From Amoeboaphelidium protococcarum X5 (taxonomy: Eukaryota; Fungi; Aphelidiomycota), in contig JALDTO010000337.1 of NCBI GenBank assembly GCA_023515725.1, forward strand, positions 1 through 34,828: a stretch of 34,828 nucleotides of DNA. The letters are read 5' to 3'. Under the pieces are notes generated by a model. It had not been told where the DNA came from, searched no databases, and saw only the letters and a program-made list of their open reading frames with translations. Of the stretch, positions 24,012 to 34,547 are shown one piece after another. Both the position numbers and the translations under genes were made by a program. The stretch's first letter is position 1. Every line of letters begins with the position of its first letter.

Positions 24012-25496
24012 TCATCCAATTTTACAAACGCGTGTCAAGTCAATGAAGCCGGGTTCGACGGTCCAGACTCCTGGTCTATGGGGATCAGGAAATGGAAACA
24101 GCGCCAAGTTTCGCCATTCAGCATCCTGATGTTCATATCCATGCTGTTTAATCTTCTCCAAAGCATATTACATAGCTTTTTAAGGATTATCGCGCCAATA
24201 GTTAACCGCGTTTTGGTTTAATTTACCCAGTTCAGGCACAATATTCCGATCGAAAAATATTTCATTTGGGCTTAAGGGACGATTCCAGGCGTGAGGAGGA
24301 CAAAATATTACAGTCTCTTCTGCATCATCATCACCAATCTAGTATTTCCTGGCATGAAATACAAATGGCATAATCAAATATTTGACATTGTTGAGTACCT
24401 TGATACAGACTTGATCATAGCGTGGATAGAGAAGTTTCCACATGCGCATCTCATCTTCAAGAGAATGTTCAGAGTCGGGATGCAAAGATTTTATTACACA
24501 CGTACGGCCATTGATATCAGCTGCCATAAACACAATTCCATCGCCACCAACCTTGCAATATCTATCAAACTTGAACAGTTATTAAACGTCAACATTTGGC
24601 ATCTTCAAACTTAGTTTAAATTCTCCGGGTAACTCTTAGTACGTGCATTAATCAGCACTCAGATAAGAATACTTGAATCTTTCAGATAAAAATTTTAGGC
24701 CAACATTTTAGGGACTTTTTGCTAACTTATAGAGCACAGTACCCAAAGTGGATATTAATGCGTTTTCATCATGGCGATACACGCGAGAGTAATATACAGT
24801 TGATTAGAAGAGATCAGATACGCCAGCATCAGAACCATGAGCAGTATTACATAATTGGTCAAATTTGACACGATCTCTCTCAAGAATAGCTTCATTAGAA
24901 TCCTCAAACCATAAGAAGCGCCAATTGACGTAATTGGACAAAATACCAATGACAAATCGGGTACCATACACCTAACGCATCTCTAACATCTGCAAGCTGG
25001 CCTGATACAATACAAGATCATGACTTAAATCTATCACCTACTCAATGCAACTTTAAGGAACCATTACTTCACACACACCTAATATTTGCATACAGTCAGG
25101 TGAGAGAAATACAACATCCGGCTAGGACTTACATGCCGTTAACTGTTTACTTATAATCAAACGCGAAACTAAGCCCAATGAGCCATCAAAGACGCGTCGA
25201 ACATACGTCAAAGCGTGTTGGACATACGTAAGAATATTCTCCTAATCTTTCCAGTTCTCTGCAAAGTCTCCACTCTCAAATAGATTCCATAGTGAACATT
25301 TCTCCAAGTCAAAATTAATTGTTTCATGAAAAAAAGGCAAGTCATCTTTGGTCTACTGAAATATAAATTAGTACTCAGACAATTACTTTTTAGCAATTCG
25401 GCCTTAGTTGAGAGAATGAGTAGAATTAGAGAAGGTACGTCTGCCCAGCGGAGGTAGTCCTTGCCTTAACTATGGCATAGCTTATGTATTGGTCAT
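24012..25496 (-). CDS. Crinkler/CR-effector-like REase-fold plus protein kinase fusion, 494 aa
   Basis: Single frame from ATG 25496 (alternative 25478) to TGA 24012-24014. REase-like half: QPDVVFL..ILGVCEVMVP..LYQASLQMLEMRQVYGTRFVIGILSNYVNWRFLW. Kinase half: VGGDGIVFMA..CVIKS..EDEMRMW..YLIMPF..HQDAEWRNL..FIDL. Confidence 0.75.
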
Positions 25497-25775
25497 GATC
25501 AGACGCAACACAAAAAGCCTTTCAATCTGCAAATAGTAAGGAATGAAACACGTGTTTTCAACAGATATTGATTCCTAACGAAAAGCACATCAACTCTCGC
25601 CTCTCTTCGGTGCGATAAACGTCCTTTCAACCGTGTCGCGTGTGATCGTTCTTCTCGCTCAAACGTTCATTTTAATTCACCCGTTTTGTCCCGCTCTCTT
25701 TTTTTACTCTTAATTTCCACTTGAACGGTGCGTAAGATTGTCTTATCAAAGTAAATTGTTTTTTAGTACTACAGT

Positions 25776-28700
25776 ATGTCTACGGAATCTTTGATTAGTG
25801 TAAGATCTACTGATACGCCTAAAGAGTTGAATGAAGCTCAGCATTCGGTAAAGGTTAGTGCGTACCATCTGCATCAGAAGTTGAAGGTTGACTTGTCCGC
25901 GTTGAAGGATGCACCTGCTCGTCTGTCTACTACGATGGATGCACTAAAGTATGCGGCTTAGATTGTGAATGAATTGCGTCATACCTTTTCTCCTAAGGAT
26001 TACTACGAGCTGTACATGTCTGCCTTTGATCATTTGTAAGGACTTTAAATCTACTTGACCGAGTACAGTACTAAGGATGCCGACTGGAAGGTGGCGCCCA
26101 ACTCCTCAGATTCGTAAATTAACTTAGACGCCAATGGTCAGCAGGTGATCCCTGAAGGGTAGTCTGCCTCTTCTGAAGAAGCCGAGTCGTCAAAGGAGAA
26201 TTCCAAATAGTAGGCCAAGTCCGGTGCGAACTCTCTGAACCCGTTGGATAAGATCAAGAAAACTGACTCGGACTTGTATGAGATTGTGCAGTACTAGACT
26301 GCTGTACTTCCAAGAATGTATTTGCTCATCACTGTTGGATGTGTTTATGCTTAATTGAAGCCGGAGAGTGCCGAAGATTATCTCTCTGACATGCTTGAGA
26401 TGTGTCGCGGTATCCAACATCCTACCAGGGGACTGTTCTTGCGTTATTATCTGTAGCAATGTACAAAGCAGTTGATGGACTCTCTACCTCTGGAGAAGGC
26501 TGTCGAATTTCTGCTGACCAACTTCACGGAGATGAACAAGTTATGGGTGAGAATGCAGTATCAAGGCCTTAGTCGTGATCGTCCAAAGAGAGAGCAGGAG
26601 CGTAAAGAGCTGCGTCTACTGGTTGGTTTGAATTTGGTCAGATTGTCTTAATTGCCTGATGTGACCTTGGATTTGTACAAGAGCAAGATACTGCCTCGCG
26701 TCTTGGAATAGATTGTGTCTTGTAAGGATGTGATTGCGCAAGAGTATTTGATGGAGGCTATTAGTCAAGTGTTTTCTGATGAATTTCATTTAGGGACTTT
26801 GGATGAACTGTTGTCTGCTATTGGCAAGTTTAATCCGTAGGTGAGTATCAAGAATATAGTGATCTCTTTTGTAGATAGACTAGTTGCTTACTTTAAGTAG
26901 TAGTAGCAGTAGGAAGATGGCAGCAGCAAGTAAACTTCATCCCAAGAGAGTGAAGCCGGTAAAGTTGACTTCAATTTGTTTTAGGTGTTCTGGTTGCCAA
27001 TTTCTGCAGTGCTGAGTGAAAGACTTGATTTGCCAATGGATGATGTCACGGCGCTGTTGATATCAATGCTGAATATCGCGTTGAATGTGTATGGAGACAA
27101 GTTGGATTTTGTTCATCAGATCTTCAAGTTTGCCGCAGAGAGGTTCAAGTAGGCGAAAATTGAAGAACTATCGCAGCATGCCACCAAAAAGTTGATACTG
27201 GAATTCATTCGTCTACCGCTCGATGTCTATCCATCTATATTGACCGTATTGAGAGATGATGATTTATCTAAATCTTATGGTAGATTCATCTGCATTTAGC
27301 CGTTTAATGTTCGTCAGGCTGCCAGCATTATCATTTGCAACAAGATGATTGAGAAGAGACTCTAAACTTCACTGGTTACGCAGTCGGATGTCTAGTTGGT
27401 ATTTGGAGAATATTTGAACACTATGGTGAAGGACTAGCCAGATGGCCAGACTCCTGATTAAACATCTGATTTCTTTGCTGATGAGTAGAATTTGTTGTGC
27501 AGAGTGATGCTGTTGGTTAATGCTGAGCTGGCTGAGAAGGCGGACTCTAAAGAGTTGGATCTGGATTAAAAGTTTGTATTGTTGGGTATTTTGAAAAAGT
27601 TTATCCAGGAAGGTGGATCTATGAGAATGAAGTATACAATCCCGACTTTTGTGACTCTGTGTACATAGTTAAGTATTGAGTATGCTTCCGTGGTGTTAGG
27701 TGCTGGTGAGAGGAATGAGAAATTGGGAACTTTGTTCAAGTTTTTGCATTAGACTATATCACTGTTGGGTAGATATTATCCATTGATTGCTCTGAAGTAT
27801 TATCTGTATCCGTTGGAAGCCAATTTGTATTCTAAAGACTAACCTTCGCCATTTGTTGGTCATGAAATGGCGGCTTATGAGTTTTTAGTATCTGCATTTT
27901 CCATCTACGAAGATTCAGTATCGTAGACTCATGAATAATTAGTATTTCTGCAAGTTCTCATCAAGATCATGTATGCGATTAGTAATCAAGGTGTTCTCGG
28001 CAAGGATAATTACGATACTCTGAGCACCAAAGTCGCGTTGTATTGCTCCAGATTGCTGAGAAAGTGGGATCAGGCTCGTCTGGTTGCTAAATGCAGTAGT
28101 CTTTTCTGGGGAAGGGAGCCAGTGGCATAGTCTGTGTTCCAGAAGGCTTTCATCAATGTTGATGCCGGTTAACGAGTTGGTGCTGTTGGAGGCTCGGCGA
28201 CCGAGGATGAGGATGAATACGATGAAGATGTTGATTCTGAATAGGCTGCTGGTGGAGATCCATTTGGTAGTGCTTAAGCCGGTATGACTGCATTAAGTGA
28301 TAATCTGGACGAAATGATGATTGGCGGTGGCTGGTCAGAGCCTAATTCAGCAACCGGAACAACTGCATAAAGTTCTTTTGGTTAGTAGAAGGCTAAATCG
28401 GGGAAGAAGATCAGAAAAGATTAGACCAAGAGTAATGCGTCGGATCTTTTACCAAGTTCCTCTTCTCAATAGTCCACTACTGCTTTGGAAGTGTATCGCG
28501 ATCCTAAGAGAACTTTGGAGTGTTTGCAGAAGGCCCTTAAGATTGCAGATGCTTGTATGGACCAGTTGATTAATGCCGAACTATTTATCGACATTTTGAA
28601 TTGGTATGTGCATTGGTTCCTAAAAGGAGTGCCTTCAGTAACGGCAAAGTATGTGAATGGTTTGATTGATTTGATCTTTAGCAATCTATAGTCTGTTGCT

Positions 28701-29054
28701 AGTGATAATGCTGCTGGATCGTTGGATAGCAGTGTGAAGAGTGATGGAAATATGTTTGGCGCATCGTTGATCACCGGCATTGATATGGTTGTCATTAGAT
28801 CTGATCAAGGACAGGCTGTTGGTGATAAACAGTTGCCTGAAACTCCTCTATCCAAGATTGAGGCATATTTCAAGAGAACTCTGCAACATCTGCAGAATAG
28901 AAAGACTGCCAGTCTGAACGGAGATGAGCCTTCTGCAGTGTCATCCGATATCTGGCGCTCTATTGCCGTGGAAAAGGTACTTGAGTAGGTGACTGCATCG
29001 AGTTAAAAGTCCACTGTCGTTGCAAAGAAGATCTCACCTTCTCCGTAGAGTTGA
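25776..29054 (+). CDS. VPS35: Retromer subunit Vps35, about 1092 aa
   Basis: [12 protein letters not shown]-like [99 protein letters not shown]. Same frame from ATG 25776 to TGA 29052-29054. Confidence 0.95.
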
Positions 29055-29143
29055 AAATTGAATTTAAGTTCTAATGACAAAAACTTATAGTAGGAATCGA
29101 AATGAATCAATGAACAATACGTATTTTGTAATGACCAATTAGC

Positions 29144-29422
29144 TCATTCATTTGTCAGTTTCGCTTCCAAATCCTTAATCTTCTGCTTCAGTTGAGCATT
29201 CTCAGACTTCAGTTACTCTACTTGATCACTAGAGGGAGAGGTAGGAGATGAAGGTGCAGAACCGTGAGTGTTAACAGCCAAACTCTTGACAATGTACTCC
29301 AATGCATTCTCTGGCTTCTCCTATTCTTCATACAGGTGCATAAGAGCGTTAGTCAGAGCATCAATAACGCCATCCTTGTCCAAAAACTTGCGAAACTCTT
29401 CTTTCCTACTTTCCACTGACAT
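29144..29422 (-). CDS. MYCBP: c-Myc-binding protein (AMY-1/FAP174) homolog, 92 aa
   Basis: Absent from the supplied track. MSVESRKEEFRKFLDKDGVIDALTNALMHLYEEQEKPENALEYI followed by a coiled coil (VEQLKSENAQLKQKIKDLEAKL) closely follows the MYCBP consensus. Confidence 0.88.
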
Positions 29423-29729
29423 ATTAATTCTGGATAGACTGGCTGAAATATTTACAATTGCTGAAGTCTAATTACAGCAATGGACAAGTTTAAAGCGAAA
29501 TTGATAAAGGGGAAAAGGGATCCGTTCACCAAAGGAACTAACTGTCGCGTCCTCGAAAGCTGCGAACGTTTCGAATGTGAATTCTGTTCTGGTCCGGAAC
29601 AGCAAAGCGATCGCGTTTTGGCTGTGAAGGACGCGTTCTCTTTCTCTCTTTATCAACATGTCTTTTCTCTTCTCTCCATCAACTCAATAGTAAAGTTGAA
29701 ACAAGCTTTAATAGAATTGAAAAGTTGTC

Positions 29730-32366
29730 ATGTCTAAAGACTTTGATGATCCTTCGAAGCCTATGACGGATGGTAAAAAGAAATCTGATAAATCTATGCA
29801 GAGTAAACTGTCTTTTGGCACCAAAAAGGTTATTGCAAAGAAGAAAGTTGAAGCTGATGTCAAGTCCTATAGTTGTGAACAGAGAAAAATCAGACTTGAT
29901 GATGATGCAATTTGCATTGATTTGGAAAAGCCTTCTGATCAGAGTAAAAGAATCAAATTTGCTAACTCTGATAATGACTCTAGATTGCTAAAAGACTCTA
30001 CCATCAACTAATCCAACGATGATTTTAGTCTCCCTAATGATGACATTATACTCGTTTCAGAGGTGAAGAGTGGTCGAAAGCGAAAAAGTCTCGCTGAAAC
30101 AGAACTGTCTCTGGATCCTCCGAGGGAACAGTCAAGCAGTCAAAGTATTTATAAAGCATCTCCATAAGTTGGTCACTCTAAAAGGTTTAAATTTTCTTAG
30201 CCGGAGAAGACTGCTGTTCCTCACTTGGCTGATTCTTGTAAATAAGAAGTAAAATCTAAAGTTGGTTAATGGGTTAAAGATGCCGCCTTCCCTTCATTCT
30301 TCAATAATCATGTGGCTCAATCCTCTTCAATATCATTGGACGCGTTTTCATATTCAGAATGTCATCGTTTCTCTATCCCAAAGTCTGCATCAGTCCTCTC
30401 CGTGGTAAACGGCGATTAATCAGTGATTTCTGATTACAAGAATCGGAATATTGAGATTGCTCCAAGTGGTTTCTTCTCCAATGAGCGCCGTATCATACAT
30501 AATGATTAAAATAGCAACAATAAAAGAGTGTCATTATAGAGTGTCAGTTGCGACAGATTATGGGTCGATCTATTTTCACCAAAGAATTTGGGTGAATTGT
30601 GCGTTGCCTTGGAGGATCAACCCAAGATTGCTTTTATTAGTCAATGGCTCCAATCCTATAAGATTCCTGGATCTGATACTCATGCTGCTGACAGTATGGA
30701 TATACTTTTTCAAATGTACAGTTCCAAAAGAGACCATGGTAAACGAAGTTTGTATAATGATAAAGATTTTGTGGTACCAGATGATTATAATTCAGATTCA
30801 GATTTTGAAAATGATTAGTCAAAGTACAAGTTGGGTCAGAAGTAATAGAAGTAGAAGACGAATGGCCGCTATATATCACCATTGGAGCAGTCTCTATTTG
30901 ATTTGGTTGGTAACATGAAGAGTTACGCGTAGTTATGCGAAAATAAGGCTTTCGATGACCTTCTTGCCAATCGACACTGCACCTCTGCTATTCTGTTGTA
31001 TTCTCCCACAAGCACGTGCAAGTCCTCCATTGTATATGCTGCTGCTAAATAATTCAATTTTGATGTTATTGAGTTGAATCCGGCCACTGCTGGTACAATG
31101 ATGAAGAACCGGAGTGGATCTGAAATGGCGATGGCCGTCGGTGAAAGCTTATCCAGTTTTAACGTGTAGAGAACTTGGAATGAGACAACGGTTCAATCTA
31201 GCAAGACTGGCTCTTCACGTAAAGATGAGGTGGTATAGAAGAAGAGTTCTACTCTATCATCCTTCTTCTCTGCAAAGCCCTCGGTTAAATATTAGAAGTC
31301 TACGTCTAATCTCTAGCCTCAGAAGCCTCAGAAACTCAAGTAGGATACTATGATTTTCATCAAAGATGTTGATATTTGCTTCAATCAAGATACTAATTTC
31401 TGGAATACTGTAATGCAGTTTGTATAATCTACTTAATCTCCTATCATTCTAAGTACCTCTGATTTGAAGTACTTACCTCAAGCTGTGGCTAATGAGTTGG
31501 ACTCACTGGACTCAAAGCTACGCCTCATTACTCTTCAACCTCAAAAGCAAGTCGTCTCTTGGTTTGTGTAAAAAAGTCTGTAATCTCACTTTAATGTTGA
31601 TGTGCCTTCTGATATTCTTGACGGTTTGTGTAAGTCTTTCGATTACAATTTGAAGGCTATACTGAACAATCTGCAGTTTCTTTGCTTAAAGGATTCGATA
31701 CCATCTCTGCCTCTTACTAAAAATGATGACAATGTTGACTGTAGAGAGATTGAATGTTTTAATGACGAGGATGCTGAATTTGATGTTGCTTTATATGAGA
31801 GAAGATCTTGTGTGGCAATGATGGATTCTTTAGTTAATTAGAAAGTCTCTGAATTTTCTGGTCCAATTCAGCTTCTTGGAGCAGCGCCTGTGCCAATAGA
31901 AGAGGCTGCAGATATTCTGTGTGACAGAATGTATATCCAACTCGACCCAGATCCAGATAGCATGGAAGTTATGACTGGGTATGCATGTAATCCTCTGGTG
32001 AATCAATTATGCCACACTCTATGTGCAGACTTGACTGAAGATGATGTAGTAGCTCAAGACTTTACTCCTTATGCTCCACTGATGTCAACAGTTGACTTTT
32101 AGAATCTCGGTACTGTCGTTGAAAGTTCTAGTTACATAGATGTTATATTGTAAGCTCATTATGGCAGTAATCGCAGTGCTCAATAGTTATAAAATTTTCT
32201 GATCAATGATATTGATTGTGGATTGCGCAGATCTAGAAGGTCCCTTAAACGCATCCAAGAAGATACTTAGTCCAAGGTTGAATTAGAACCATATTTTGAT
32301 ATATTCTACCGGTACCCAGAGATGGAAAAGAATCTACGTAAGAAGGAGAGCACAACTGAATCGTGA
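29730..32366 (+). CDS. ELG1: Elg1/ATAD5 alternative RFC large subunit (PCNA unloader), about 878 aa
   Basis: RFC-box-like LWVDLFSPKN, degenerate P-loop ILLYSPTSTCKSSIVYAAAKQFNFDVIELNP, and MIFIKDVDICFNQDTNFWNTVMQFVQSTQSPIILSTSD resembling ATAD5 LILFEEVDVIFDEDAGF..TKRPVILTTSD. Supplied ORFs 29730, 30588, 31602 and 31890 are all in frame. TGA 32364-32366. Confidence 0.8.
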
Positions 32367-32468
32367 AGCTGTACTAGTTAGATGATGCGATTTGAAAGTT
32401 AAATCATGTAAATAACAATCATTGGTTAGCATTTATACTTTATTATTGTACTAAAACAGTCATTTTCA

Positions 32469-33008
32469 TCACAGAGACCTATAGAATGCACTTACAAGAT
32501 GCTTGAACAATGGAATCTCCTTGGCCTTTTGCAGCATCGGGACGTGATCATCAACAAAGTTATCAAAAAAGCGCCATAAAAGTCTCTTGAAGGTTCCCCA
32601 TTACTTCTAGCCATCCTGTTATCTCTCAAGCTCTACATTGGATTACTACATCAAACGCAATCCCTTGAAATTGTTGGACAGAATATTCTCATTACGTAGC
32701 GCAGTATATTTAGTAGAATCCTGCTGGTAATCACGCACGCTCTCACCAATGGCACGCTACCAGTCAAACTTCTCCAAAAATCTCTCCCATCTCTACGCCA
32801 ATCTCTCCGTTCGTGTCTTGGGCTTGTATCTATAGCTACCAGCACCTTTCTGAATCTTTCCATCTTTATTCACCACCTAGGGAGATAGCTCCATCTACCT
32901 GGTGTATTCTCGTGTGTCTGTGAGAATGCCAAATTTATTTTCATTGTATGCCGCAGCTAATCCAACGATTACCAGCGCCAAGAGGCAGTAGATTGTATGT
33001 ATCCTCAT
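32469..33008 (-). CDS. Secreted orphan protein with signal peptide, 179 aa
   Basis: MRIHTIYCLLALVIVGLAAA/YNENKFG is a typical signal peptide with an AxA cleavage site. The frame is open with TAR=Gln and ends in TGA TGA AAA TGA. Confidence 0.7.
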
Positions 33009-33171
33009 CTTTTTACAACGAAAATAACAAATTACTAATTTACAAGATATATATTAACTCAATGGCGATATTTACAGTGAATAAAGAGGCGCTCACAACG
33101 CATAATTATAGAAAGAGTACGCTTGATTTAGAGCCCCTGAAATGCCAATAGGGCACCCCTACTTCTAGTGA

Positions 33172-34290
33172 TCAGCACAACTATTACCGCAGCTTCCTAA
33201 ACTAATGCAACTAGATAGTCGTTCCATTCAGTAGCAAGTCACCGACAATATCTTGATATTATTTGTGATTGATATTCTTATCAAGATATCCTTTTGAAAT
33301 GCACAACAGTAACAACTATCTTCCAAAGTAATCACGTTGAAATGAATCTATGGCCACGGACACCTAATTACCTGTTACATCAAGTAAGTATGCAAAATAC
33401 TTCAACACATGACTGCAAGATGTAAACCATTGATATCTATCAACAACAGCGCGGTACTCATTCTACGCCAACTCCTAATTACCTTGACAGAGGTGAATGA
33501 GAATAGCCAGCTCTGACAGGTAGAACACGTCTCTATAATCAAAACCAGTGGAAGTTAGAATATTTACGTGTCGTGTCAATTATTTACACTGATTTAGATG
33601 TTAAATGGCAGCTTCATATTGACCATTTGTGTACATTTCATGTACATTTGAAAACTACTATATGAAGATGGCCCTATCAGATTCACATTCTCCACTCAAG
33701 ATACTTAAAACACCTTAGTACTCACCATTTAAAATCACATCCAACGCCATGTGGTGACAATCACTAGACATTTTCTGATTGTAGTTAAACTAGTGAGTAA
33801 GCAATCCATCCACATGATCAATAAAGTTTTAAAGCTGTTCATTCCCATCCAACGTAGATTTAATGCCCATAACTTCATCAACAACAGCAATTAGATACTA
33901 ATAGTCTTTACCACTCAAAGCTTCATACAAAAGCGCTGCACATAAACAGTCTTGATCGTCCTAAGAACGTGCCAAAGTCACAGCTTCATTAAAATGTAAT
34001 CTCGCACCATCATAATCTCCATCAGTAAAAAATTCAATTCCTCTCTATAGAACTTTATTTTGCAAACTCAAAACTTCATTCTATTGCTGTGGATGAAGTG
34101 GCTATTATAAGGAATCATCATCAAATATGTCAAGTAATTGGCGAAAATCCATCTACATCAATTAAAGCATCTCCTGCCCAGGTGCAGCAGCGAAGTCCTT
34201 GTTCTAAGCAATAAAAGCGAGGAGTTGATCGATATTATCTACACCATTCTCTTGAACAAATCGCCGCAGATTAATACAGTTTACAGTCAT
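33172..34290 (-). CDS. Helical/TPR-like protein, possibly a divergent, shortened APC/C subunit 5, 372 aa
   Basis: TGA-free frame from ATG 34290 to TGA 33172-33174, checked codon by codon. GDYDGARLHFNEAVTLARSQDDQDCLCAAL resembles the Apc5 motif G...A..L.EA..IA.E..D..CL. A second TPR-like helix pair reads YTNGQYEAAIQHLNQC. Confidence 0.5.
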
Positions 34291-34547
34291 ATCGCTGCAC
34301 TTCAAAATGATAGGAAGTTGAAATACTCAGCTTAGATGGGATACACCCGATAGCCATGAAAGCGGGAAGTACGTTGAAACAAAAAGGTCGCGATCGTCTG
34401 AGAAATCGGTCAATAGAAAATAGTTTTTGTCGCGTTTTCCCCTTTGAGCCTTCTAAAGCCATTCAAAGCGCGTTTCTCCTTGTAAGAGAAATCTTGAGAA
34501 AACAAGTCAAAATACTTTTTTTGCAAGTAGAGCCACGATATTACAGA

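Noticed and set aside
32651-32863. Supplied minus-strand 70-aa ORF
   Set aside because: Alternative frame of the signal-peptide gene 32469..33008, which is longer and better supported.
34271-34462. Supplied ORF (MAIGCIPSKLSI...) as N-terminus of the APC5-like gene
   Set aside because: It is in a different frame that reaches a TGA near 34130, and no convincing intron joins it to the main frame.
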